Source: an uncultured Burkholderiales bacterium
Lineage (GTDB): Bacteria; Pseudomonadota; Gammaproteobacteria; Burkholderiales; Burkholderiaceae_C
DNA length: 44,427 bases
Direction of reading: 5' to 3'
Assembly: GCA_965365495.1 (NCBI GenBank)
Contig: CBDUBX010000001.1
Location: 1 to 44,427 of the forward strand
Shown: piece after piece, positions 29,562 to 39,007 of the stretch
Layout of the letters: every line of letters starts with the position of its first letter
Numbering within the stretch: the first letter of the stretch is position 1
Translations under genes and position numbers: made by a program
Notes under the pieces: model-generated
The model's database searches: none
Seen by the model: the letters and a program-made list of their open reading frames with translations, nothing else
Told to the model about the DNA's origin: nothing

Positions 29562-29710
29562 ATGGCCGACGGTCTTTACGACCTGCTGCTGACGGAGCCT
29601 GGCCCGGACGCTCGCGACGATTCCGCCAGACCGGGCCGACATGCGGCCCGTGGACGGACGCGGCCGAGCGGTTGACTGACTGGTCGCCCGCCAGCTCGTC
29701 GCCATCTGGA
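29562..29710 (+). pseudogene. Multiply frameshifted 5' gene remnant, possibly of a DUF3427/PLD-helicase gene
   Basis: ATG 10 bp after the mrr stop; MADGLYDLLLTE / LARTLATIPPDRADMRPVDG / DAAERLTD / VARQLVAI in shifting frames; family call from recall only. Confidence 0.45.
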
Positions 29711-30099
29711 GTTGCCCCGATCTGGTTGACGGTTGAGGGGTTGGTTTTCAAGTCACGTTGATGTGCTCCGGCGCCGACTTGTCCACCCGCGGCGTGACGC
29801 CCGCCACGCAGAGCCGGCGGTGGACACGTCGTCTCGGAGGGCGGGCTTGGGATATAGGTCTGTCGGCGACACCAGCTCGTTGGGCCCGGCGGCGCTGAAC
29901 GATCGCTTCACTGGGTCCGGCGCCGGGCGCTGGCGCGAGTCGCGCTGCGTCGTCGCGACGAAGCTCTTGCGTGGCTCTTGGCGGCCTCAGTAGGTGCCAT
30001 GACGGCGATCCACGCGATCACCAACGACCGCGACTCGGCGGCCGTGTCCTGCGAACTTCGCTGCAGCGGGCCTCGCCGAAACGGCCCGGACCGCGGCCC

Positions 30100-30915
30100 T
30101 CAGGCCCGGCGCCCCCTGACCGCGTTGGCGCGGGCGTGCAGCACCAGCGGCCCATCGACCGTCGCCCCGACGCTGTCACGCACGCGCTCGGCAAGCCGCT
30201 GCAGCGCCACCGGCTCCAGAGACGCCAACAAGTGCTTCAACCGCGGACTCCCCTGCGCACTCCGCCAGAACTCATCGAAGCTGTCGAATTCCCGCCGCAC
30301 CTCGAACTGGCGCGTCTGCAAGTCCATTAGGCCCGCCATTCGCCACAGCTCGTGCGACGCATCCAGCGCCGAAGCCCAGGTGCTCGGCGGCTCCTGGGGT
30401 GCGTGCCCCTCGGCGCGCACGGCATCCAGCACCGGCTGCAGCGGAAAGCCACCGCCCGCCATGTCCCAGTGGTACGCGGCGATCGTGCCGCCGGGGCGGA
30501 CGACGCGCAGCATCTCCTGCAGGCCGCGGGCCGGGTCGGGCAGGAAGAACAGCACCAGGGCCATGACCGCGGCATCGACGCAGGCATCGGGCAGCGGCAG
30601 CGCCTGGGCGTCGCCCTCGATGAAGCGCGCGCCGGTCGCACCGCTCCGCTGGCGCGCGAAGGCCAGCTGCGCCGCCGAAGGGTCGACGCCGACCACCGAA
30701 CCCGGGGCCTGGCGGGTCATCAGCACTTCGCTGAAGACGCCATTGCCGCAACCGTCGTCCAGCCAGTCCAGACCCTGCGGCAGCGCCAGCCAGTCGAGGA
30801 AAGGCGCCGCCACCCGCACGCTCCAGCGGCCCATCATCGTTTCGTAGGCCGCGCCGTCGTTGAAGCGCAGGCAGGGGTCGAAGGGCTTGTCTTCGGCGGG
30901 AGCTGGGGTCGCCAC
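30100..30915 (-). CDS. Class I SAM-dependent methyltransferase (start uncertain)
   Basis: FNDGAAYE.MMGRWS, WLDDGCGNG, GVDPS, GDAQALP, EMLRVVRPGG. Confidence 0.88.
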   Translation of the reverse strand: MATPAPAEDKPFDPCLRFNDGAAYETMMGRWSVRVAAPFLDWLALPQGLDWLDDGCGNGVFSEVLMTRQAPGSVVGVDPSAAQLAFARQRSGATGARFIEGDAQALPLPDACVDAAVMALVLFFLPDPARGLQEMLRVVRPGGTIAAYHWDMAGGGFPLQPVLDAVRAEGHAPQEPPSTWASALDASHELWRMAGLMDLQTRQFEVRREFDSFDEFWRSAQGSPRLKHLLASLEPVALQRLAERVRDSVGATVDGPLVLHARANAVRGRRA

Positions 30916-31509
30916 GGGCCCGTCCGGACGGTCGATGCGGGTCTGCACGATATCGAATGTGGGACGGCGGCTTCCACGAGGCCGGCATGCGGCAGGCCTT
31001 GTTCGGCGTGCTGGGTTCGTTCGCACTGGCATTCGAGTCCGAAGGCGCCGTGGAAGCGGCGCTGGGGCAATCCGCAGACGGTGCGAAGCCGGCTTCGCCG
31101 ACTGCTTTACGTGGCTCTCGCGCTGATGGCCGGCGCGCGACCGCTGTGGACTTGCGACCATGCGGCGGCCGGGTCGACGGCGCCGAGCGGGTGACGACCT
31201 GAGCGCGCTGCGCCGGGCCAGGTGGCGGCGATCGTGTCCCCGCTGCGAGCCGGTCGTCTTGGCGGTGTTCTTCGCGGCGAACCCGAGCGGCTGCTAGGCG
31301 TCCGCGCCGTTTCCGGGTTCCCACAGCTTCGCGAACGCCAGCGAGCGTTGGCGGTGGTCGGCACCCGAAGCATCCGCAGCGGCCGCACCGCTAGCGACGC
31401 GGCTGCTGTTGCGCGTCGTCTGCCCACGCTGCGACGACGCCTTCAGTCTGTCGGCGGCGCGGCGCACGATCACGGTGTCGAGTCTCCCGGCAACGCGGCC
31501 GAACCGGCA

Positions 31510-32594
<1,085 letters not shown>

Positions 32595-32595
<1 letters not shown>

Positions 32596-33107
32596 CAACG
32601 TGCTGCGATCTCGACCAGCGCGGTCTGCAGTGCCGCGCGGTCCATCGTCGCCAGCGGCAGCATCAGCAGCTGCAGCATGCGGTAGCCGATGGCCTGCCGC
32701 GTCAGCTCGAAGGCGCGGCGCTTGGCGTCGTCGCCGTCGGCATGCGACGGATCGGGGTAGCCCCAATGCACCTTGACCGGCTGGACCGCCGCCGCTTCGC
32801 CGGCACCGAAGAACACCGGGCACGTCTCGGCCGCGGCGGCGTCGCACACCGTGATCACGATCGCAAGCGGCGGCGCGCCGTCGCGGCTGAACTCGTCCCA
32901 GCTCTTGCTGCGAATCCCGCGGGTGTCGATGTCGGCGTTCTCCAGCGCCTCGATCGCGAAGCGGTTGACGCGACCGCTCGGGGCGCTCCCGGCACTGTGC
33001 GCACGAACATCCTGGCCCAGCCGCATCGCATGGTGGTTCAGCATCCCTTCGGCCAGCACGCTGCGCGCGGAGTTGTGGGTGCAGAGGATCAGGACGTGGA
33101 CGGTCAT
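32595..33107 (-). CDS. arsC: LMW-PTP-fold arsenate reductase
   Basis: LILCTHNSARS, SAGS.P, SKSWDEF, ITVCD.AAAETCP, HWGYPDPS. Confidence 0.93.
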
Positions 33108-33148
33108 GGTCCGACGCGATCCGATGTCGAGCCGCTAAAGTGCCTCAT
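33104..33148 (-). other. 14-codon mini-ORF with RBS between arsR and arsC (probable deletion scar)
   Basis: GAAAGGA-N5-ATG; MRHFSGSTSDRVGP; TGA overlaps the arsC ATG. Confidence 0.5.
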
Positions 33149-33167
33149 CGCGGTCCTTTCGGCAGTG

Positions 33168-33491
33168 TCAGCAATGACAGGCGGACGCCGCCTCGGCCAG
33201 GCAGGCGTCGCCCCGGCAGCAGTTGTCCGTCAGGTACGACAGCAGCGCGTTCATGGTGTCGAACGACGCGCGGTAGACGAGATGACGCCCTTGGCGCTGT
33301 TGCGTCACCAGGCGCGCGTTCGTCAACTCCTTGAGGTGGAACGACAACGTGGCCGGCGCGATCCCGGCGCCGTCGGCGATCACTCCCGGCGTCAGGCCCT
33401 GGGGTCCCGCCACCACGAGGGCCCGGAACACCCGCAGGCGGTGGTCTTGCGCCAAGGCGGCCAGGGAACGCACGACGTCTTGTTCTTCCAT
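33168..33491 (-). CDS. arsR: ArsR arsenic-responsive repressor
   Basis: LAALAQ..RL.VFR.LV.AG..G, TLSFHLKEL, C-terminal NCC.G..C. Confidence 0.93.
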   Translation of the reverse strand: MEEQDVVRSLAALAQDHRLRVFRALVVAGPQGLTPGVIADGAGIAPATLSFHLKELTNARLVTQQRQGRHLVYRASFDTMNALLSYLTDNCCRGDACLAEAASACHC

Positions 33492-33511
33492 ATTTCCATC
33501 ATAGTCGAATT
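33492..33511 (-). promoter_or_regulatory. Imperfect palindrome abutting the arsR start, probable ArsR operator
   Basis: ATTTCCA-TCATAG-TCGAATT (5/7 arms); no RBS before ATG, consistent with leaderless mRNA. Confidence 0.55.
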
Positions 33512-33543
33512 GATTAGCCGACCGTGCGGCACCTTCCCGCCCC

Positions 33544-33867
33544 TCACCCCTGCCACACCCCGTACCCCTGCTCGCGCAGCCCGATCGCCAGCTCGACCTC
33601 CATCTCCTTGGCCGCCTCGTACGGCATCGGGTTGTAGACCTCGTACAGCGCCGGCAGCAGGCGCAGCCCGTAGTCGGTGACGTAGCGGTTGGCGCGCACG
33701 CCGGCCTTGTGCTTGTCGAAGCGCAGGTCGGGGTCGAGGCCGGTCATGCCGACGTAGACCAACGGCATGCCGATGCGGTGGTCGGGGTTGGCGCGGCGAA
33801 AGCGCGGCTCGTTCCAGACGCGGTCGGACAGCTCGACGACGTAGACGTGGTGGCGGTGGCGCGGCAT
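33544..33867 (-). CDS. Small hypothetical protein with GIY-YIG-like motifs
   Basis: HVYVVEL...LVYVGMTG...RFDKHK...A.EME; C-terminal part of ORF 33544..34779. Confidence 0.7.
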   Translation of the reverse strand: MPRHRHHVYVVELSDRVWNEPRFRRANPDHRIGMPLVYVGMTGLDPDLRFDKHKAGVRANRYVTDYGLRLLPALYEVYNPMPYEAAKEMEVELAIGLREQGYGVWQG

Positions 33868-33924
33868 GTCGATCGGCGGTTTCGCGGCCGATGCTGCCAG
33901 CGTCCGAGCGTGTAAGGTCGCGGC

Positions 33925-34695
33925 GTGAGCCTGGATCTTTCGCGTGTGCGCGCGCTGTGCTTCGACGTCGACGGCACGATCGCCGACACCGACGACCGCC
34001 TCGTCGCCCGGCTGGCGGCGCTGATCGACGCGGTGCCCGCGGTCAGCGGCCGCCGCGCCGAGCGCCTCGCGCGGCAGGCGGTGATGCGGCTCGAATCGCC
34101 GGTGCACGCGGCGTACGAGCGGCTCGATGCCTGGGGGCTCGACGTGCCGTTGACGCGGCTGCGCCACCGCCTGCGCGCGATCCGCGAGCGCAACGCCGAC
34201 CCGGCGCACACCCGCAACCCGGCGGCGATCGACGAGGTGCCGCACGAAATGGTCGCCGGCGTGCAGCAGATGCTCGCCGAGCTCGCGCGCCACTGGCCGA
34301 TGTGCACGATCTCGACCGGCCACGTGCCGCGGATCGACCGCTTCCTGCGCCACTACGGCGTGCGCGAGCTGTTCACCGCCGTCGTCGGCGCCGAGACGAC
34401 GCCGCGGATGAAACCCCATCCCGACCCGTTGCGCCACGCCGCCGCGGCGATGGGGGTGGCGCCCGAGCACTGCCTGATGGTCGGCGACACGACGATCGAC
34501 ATGCGCACCGGCATCGCCGCCGGCGCGCAGTGCGTCGGCGTGCTGTGCGGCTTCGGCACCGAAGACGAGCTGCGCCGCACCGGCGCGCAGCTGATCCTGC
34601 GCACGACGTCGGACTTGCTGGCGGTGCTGCGTCCGGCCGACGACCCGCTGCACGCCACCGCGGCGCCGGGCCCCGGCGACGGCGCCTCGCGTTGA
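33925..34695 (+). CDS. HAD-superfamily hydrolase (phosphoglycolate phosphatase-like)
   Basis: CFDVDGTIAD, IST, KPHPDP, MVGDT..D. Confidence 0.88.
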   Translation: MSLDLSRVRALCFDVDGTIADTDDRLVARLAALIDAVPAVSGRRAERLARQAVMRLESPVHAAYERLDAWGLDVPLTRLRHRLRAIRERNADPAHTRNPAAIDEVPHEMVAGVQQMLAELARHWPMCTISTGHVPRIDRFLRHYGVRELFTAVVGAETTPRMKPHPDPLRHAAAAMGVAPEHCLMVGDTTIDMRTGIAAGAQCVGVLCGFGTEDELRRTGAQLILRTTSDLLAVLRPADDPLHATAAPGPGDGASR

Positions 34696-34798
34696 CGCCG
34701 CCGGCGACCGCATCGTCGACGTCGGGCGCACTTCGCGCGCCGTCGATCGAGGCAATCGAACCCCGCGCCGCGCGCACACCGTCTGCCGTCACGCCACG

Positions 34799-35623
34799 AT
34801 GCCCGACCCCATCGCCGCCGCCGCCGACCTTGTCGCGTCCGCCGACGCGATCGTCGTCGCCGCCGGCGCCGGCATCGGCGTCGACTCCGGGCTGCCCGAC
34901 TTCCGCGGCGCGCAGGGCTTCTGGCGCGCCTACCCAGCGCTCGGACGGCGCGGGATCGGCTTCGCCGAAGCGGCCAGCCCGCGCAGCTTCGCCACCGACC
35001 CCGCGCTCGCCTGGGGCTTCTACGGCCACCGCCTCGCGCTGTACCGCCGCACCGTGCCGCACGCCGGGTTCGCGATCCTGCGGCGCTGGGGCGGGTCGAT
35101 GCTGCACGGCGGCGCGGTCTACACGTCGAACGTCGACGGCCAGTTCCAGCGCGCCGGCTTCGACGACGACCGCATCGTCGAATGCCACGGGTCGATCCAC
35201 CACCTGCAGTGCACGCGGCCGTGCCACGACGCGACCTGGCCGGCCGACGGCTTCGTGCCGGAGGTCGACGACACCGATTGCCGGCTGCTCAACGCGCCGC
35301 CGCGCTGCCCGCGTTGCGGCGCGCTGGCACGCCCGGCGATCCTGATGTTCGGCGACGCGGCGTGGGTCGACGTGCGCACCGCGCAGCAAATGCACCGCTT
35401 GGAACGCTGGCTCGGCGCCGCGAGCCGCATCGTGGTCGTCGAGATCGGCGCCGGCCGCGACGTGCCGTCGGTGCGGCGTTTCGGCGAACGCCTCGTCGTT
35501 CACCGCGACGCACGGCTCGTGCGCATCAACCCGCGCGACGCCGAAGTGGCGCGGTCGGTCGACGTCGCGCTGCCGATGACCGCGCTGGCCGCGCTGGCCG
35601 CGATCGATTCGGCGCTCGGCTGA
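34799..35623 (+). CDS. Sir2-family NAD-dependent deacylase
   Basis: AGAGIGVDSGLPDFRG, TSNVDG, ECHGS, CxxPC and CPRC Zn sites, RPAILMFG, EIGAG, RINP. Confidence 0.92.
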   Translation: MPDPIAAAADLVASADAIVVAAGAGIGVDSGLPDFRGAQGFWRAYPALGRRGIGFAEAASPRSFATDPALAWGFYGHRLALYRRTVPHAGFAILRRWGGSMLHGGAVYTSNVDGQFQRAGFDDDRIVECHGSIHHLQCTRPCHDATWPADGFVPEVDDTDCRLLNAPPRCPRCGALARPAILMFGDAAWVDVRTAQQMHRLERWLGAASRIVVVEIGAGRDVPSVRRFGERLVVHRDARLVRINPRDAEVARSVDVALPMTALAALAAIDSALG

Positions 35624-35697
35624 CCGTCCCGCGCCGCGGCGCGTCTCGCGACGGCATCGGCGGCGTCGCGGCACGCGACTCCCGCGACCGTGCGTGC

Positions 35698-35742
35698 CCA
35701 TCCCTAAGGATGATTCACGCGCCCGAGCGCCCCTCCTATTGT
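35698..35742 (+). promoter_or_regulatory. Palindrome CATCC-CTAA-GGATG plus -35/-10-like elements upstream of the TonB-dependent receptor
   Basis: CCATCCCTAAGGATGATTC, 20 nt, TATTGT; same layout at 43088-43132 on the minus strand. Confidence 0.75.
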
Positions 35743-35775
35743 CCCCCGGCCTCGATGGCCCACCCGGAGGAGACG

Positions 35776-38016
35776 ATGCAACGATTTCAGATGAAGGCAT
35801 CCAGCGCCGCCGTGTTCGCGGCCATGGCGTCGATGGGCGTCGCGACGACGCCGGCGCGCGCCGCCATCGCGCCGGTCGGCGCCGGACAGACGGTCACCGT
35901 CACCGCGCAGAAGCGCGAGCAGCGGCTGATCGAGGTGCCGGCCGCGGTACAGGCGTTCACCGGCTCGCAGCTCGAAGACGTCGGCATCGCCGACCTGAAG
36001 GACCTGGTCAAGGCGATCCCCGGCGCGTCCGAGGGCCGATCGACGAGCGCCGGCACGCGGTCGTTCCAGATTCGCGGCGTCACGTCGCTGTACGGCGACA
36101 GCACCGTCGGCTACTACCTCGACGACGCGGTCTTCACGATCCTCAACCGCAACTGGGCGCCGGTGGCCAGCACCTTCGACGTCGAACGCGTCGAAGTGCT
36201 GCGCGGCCCGCAGGGCACGCTGTACGGCCTCGGCGCGATGGGCGGCAGCGTGCGCTTCATCACCGCCGACCCCGACCTGAAGACGATGCACGCGCGCGGC
36301 GTGCTCGGTTACTCGCGCACGTCGGGCGGCGACCCCAACTGGAACATCGGCGCCGCATTGAGCGTGCCGATCGTGCAGGACGCGTTCGGGCTGCGCGTCA
36401 CCGCCACGCGCGACGAGACCGGCGGCTACACGTCGTCGCCGACGTTTCCCGACCAGCTGAACGAGACCCGCAACCAGATGGTGCGCATCAAGCTGCTCGG
36501 CCGGCCGCACCGCGACGTGACGCTGAAGTTCGGCCATCAGAGAAGCCGCACCAACGATCCGAAGGGCAACCAGCTCGAGTACCGCCCCGGCCCGCCGGCC
36601 GAGGTCTTCACCGGCCAGTATCCGGCGTCGACTCTCGGGCCGACGCCGATGGAGAGCTTCAACAAGTCGCGCATCGACCTGACGAGCTTCTACGCGTCGT
36701 ACGACGCCGGCCCGGTGCTGATCGAAAGCTCCAGCGGCCACGTCAAGGCGTGGCAGTCCAACCGCGTGCCCGTCAACAACCTGATGCTCAACAGCGGCCT
36801 CGACGCGAGCACGACGTCGTCCGAGCTGCGCGTCGTGTCGAAGGACACCGGGCCGGCGCGCTGGATCGCCGGCGCGATGGTGCTGCACGCCGACACCGCC
36901 GAGGACGTGCGCCTCGACGCGGTGACGCCGCCGCCGGCGATCCCGCTGCTCGGGCCGATCTACGCGCCGCTGCGCAACGACGTGCCGACCTACGAATCGA
37001 AGTCGTGGGCGCTGTTCGGCGAGTACTCGATCGACCTGATGAACGGCACGCTGACGCCGCTCGTCGGCCTGCGCTACTTCCGCGACGAGCGCACGTTCAC
37101 CGACAACCAGCGGCCGCACACGGTGCTGCCGGTGGGCGCGCCGGGGCCGTGCGCGATTCCGGTCAATCCCGCGACGTGCCTCGTGCCGGCGTCGGTGAGC
37201 TCGACCGACGCGACTTTCGATTCGTGGAACCCGCGCTTCAACCTGTCGTGGCGGCCGGCCGCCGGAACGACCGCGTACTTCAACGCCGCCAAGGGCTTCC
37301 GCAGCGGCGTGTTCAACAGCCAGTCGACGGTGATCGCGGGGTTCCCGGCGGCGGTCGAGCCCGATCATGTGTGGTCGTACGAGGTCGGCGGCAAGCTCGC
37401 GCTGCTCGACGACTCGCTGTTCGTCGAAGCCGCGGTCTACCGGCTGAACTGGCGCGACATCCAGCTGAACTTCAACGCGCCGGGGTTCGCGCCGCCGCCG
37501 CCGCAGGTCGTCGCCAACGTCGGCGACGTGCGCGGCACCGGGCTTGATTACGGCGTCACGTGGGCGCTGCCGGCGTCGGGGCTGCGGCTGTCGCTGGCCG
37601 GCAACATCAACCAGACCGAGTTCACGCGGATCGTCAACCCGGCGGTGTTCGCCAACACCAACATCTTCGTCGGCAACCAGCTGGTCACGGTGCCGAAGCA
37701 GACGCACACCGCGCAGCTCAGCTACCACCACGCGATCAGCGACCACTACACGCTTGGCGTGCACGGCAGCTACACCTACATCGGCCGCCAGGGCGACCCG
37801 AGCAGCGTCGGCCAAGGGCCGGGCACGCGGCCGGCGCCGCTCGGCAGTTCGCAGAAGCTGCTCGGGCTGCGCATCGGCGTCGACGCCGACCACTGGAGCG
37901 CTTACCTCGTCGGCAGCAACCTGCTGAACCACGACGACCCGTTCTACATCAGCGGGTCGGGCTACCAGCGCAACTACCCGCGCACGCTCGGGGTGGAGCT
38001 GAAGTTTGACCTCTGA
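35776..38016 (+). CDS. TonB-dependent receptor
   Basis: GGAGGAG RBS; signal peptide; VTVTAQKREQ, FDVERVEVLRGPQGTLYG..AMGG plug motif; KGFRSG; PRTLGVELKFDL C-terminus. Confidence 0.94.
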   Translation: MQRFQMKASSAAVFAAMASMGVATTPARAAIAPVGAGQTVTVTAQKREQRLIEVPAAVQAFTGSQLEDVGIADLKDLVKAIPGASEGRSTSAGTRSFQIRGVTSLYGDSTVGYYLDDAVFTILNRNWAPVASTFDVERVEVLRGPQGTLYGLGAMGGSVRFITADPDLKTMHARGVLGYSRTSGGDPNWNIGAALSVPIVQDAFGLRVTATRDETGGYTSSPTFPDQLNETRNQMVRIKLLGRPHRDVTLKFGHQRSRTNDPKGNQLEYRPGPPAEVFTGQYPASTLGPTPMESFNKSRIDLTSFYASYDAGPVLIESSSGHVKAWQSNRVPVNNLMLNSGLDASTTSSELRVVSKDTGPARWIAGAMVLHADTAEDVRLDAVTPPPAIPLLGPIYAPLRNDVPTYESKSWALFGEYSIDLMNGTLTPLVGLRYFRDERTFTDNQRPHTVLPVGAPGPCAIPVNPATCLVPASVSSTDATFDSWNPRFNLSWRPAAGTTAYFNAAKGFRSGVFNSQSTVIAGFPAAVEPDHVWSYEVGGKLALLDDSLFVEAAVYRLNWRDIQLNFNAPGFAPPPPQVVANVGDVRGTGLDYGVTWALPASGLRLSLAGNINQTEFTRIVNPAVFANTNIFVGNQLVTVPKQTHTAQLSYHHAISDHYTLGVHGSYTYIGRQGDPSSVGQGPGTRPAPLGSSQKLLGLRIGVDADHWSAYLVGSNLLNHDDPFYISGSGYQRNYPRTLGVELKFDL

Positions 38017-38527
38017 GGTCACGCTGGCCGCGCGCGGCGCGGCGGCGCACGGCGCGACCGCCGCCGCGCCGGCCGGTCGCGCCGCGGCCGCGGCGCACCT
38101 GCTCGGCCGCGTGCTGATCGTCTTCGCGCTGCTGCCCAACGGGCTGCGCAAGATCGCCACCTTCAACCTGACCGCGGCGATGATGGGCGGCGCGCCGCCG
38201 CAGATGATCGACGGCCGGATGTTCCCGCCGCAGCCGCCGCTGTTGACGTTCCCGATGCCCGAGGTGTTCCTCGCCGCGTCGCTGACGCTCGACCTCGTCG
38301 GCGCGCTGCTCGTGATCGTCGGCTGGCGCACGCGCGCGGTCTCGGCGATCCTCGCCGTCTACTGCATCACTGCGATGGTCATCTTCCACGGCCACATCAC
38401 GAACAGCGACGAAGTGCGCCAGATCCTGCGCAACCTGCCGCTCGTCGGCGGCCTGCTGGTGCTGGCCGCGGCCGGCGCCGGCGCGTGGAGCGTCGACGGC
38501 TGGCTGGCGCGGCGGCGGGTGCGCTGA
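38006..38527 (+). CDS. DoxX-family membrane protein
   Basis: LLGRVLI..., G.LLVIVGWRTR, FH, RNL.LVGGLL.LAAAGAGAWSVD; overlaps the receptor stop. Confidence 0.85.
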   Translation: MTSEVTLAARGAAAHGATAAAPAGRAAAAAHLLGRVLIVFALLPNGLRKIATFNLTAAMMGGAPPQMIDGRMFPPQPPLLTFPMPEVFLAASLTLDLVGALLVIVGWRTRAVSAILAVYCITAMVIFHGHITNSDEVRQILRNLPLVGGLLVLAAAGAGAWSVDGWLARRRVR

Positions 38528-38557
38528 CGCGCGCCGCGAAACCCGCGCGCTCACTCG

Positions 38558-38587
38558 CGAAGGCCCCCGCAGCGGGGCCTTCGTCTT
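38558..38587. terminator. 10-bp hairpin between convergent doxX and dabb genes
   Basis: CGAAGGCCCC-CGCAGC-GGGGCCTTCG followed by TCTT. Confidence 0.65.
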
Positions 38588-38676
38588 GCTGCCGGCCGAC
38601 GCCCGACGCGGCTGCCCGACGCTGCAGTTGCCAAACGCGCGGACCGCTTCGAGCGTGCGGAACGCGCGCCGCGCCG

Positions 38677-38985
38677 TCATCCGTCGTCGACCGGCGTCGT
38701 GTAGTCGACCGCGGCCCAGTCGAAGTGGTGGCGCAGCGCGCCGACGATGCCGGCGTGCGCCGGGTGCTTCAGGTAGGCGTCGAGCGCGGCCTCGTCGTCG
38801 AACTCGCTCTCGAGCACCCACTGCCAGCTGGCCGGCCGCTGCAACTCGTTGGCGCTGAAACGCCAGCGGCGGATCGTCGCGATCTGCGCGGGCAGCGCCG
38901 CCAGGCGCGTCGCGAAGTCGGCTTCGAGCGCGGCGTCGGTGGCGACGCCGGGCTTGCGCCGGAACATCACGATGTGGGTCAGCAT
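38677..38985 (-). CDS. Dabb (stress-responsive A/B barrel) protein
   Basis: MLTHIVMF, L..LP.QI..I, F.D..AL.AY..HPAH, VDY. Confidence 0.85.
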   Translation of the reverse strand: MLTHIVMFRRKPGVATDAALEADFATRLAALPAQIATIRRWRFSANELQRPASWQWVLESEFDDEAALDAYLKHPAHAGIVGALRHHFDWAAVDYTTPVDDG

Positions 38986-39007
38986 CGGCTTCGTCGGGCG
39001 CCCGCCG

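Noticed and set aside
30916-31509. Small ORFs between the methyltransferase and acr3 (e.g. 30957..31202), or an arsH gene
   Set aside because: No recognisable motifs or RBS, and no flavodoxin-like ArsH sequence.
33925-35623. HAD + Sir2 as an anti-phage NADase system
   Set aside because: The Sir2 has the Zn-binding Cys pairs and HGS motif of an ordinary stand-alone deacylase, native composition and no HerA, TIR or Argonaute partner.
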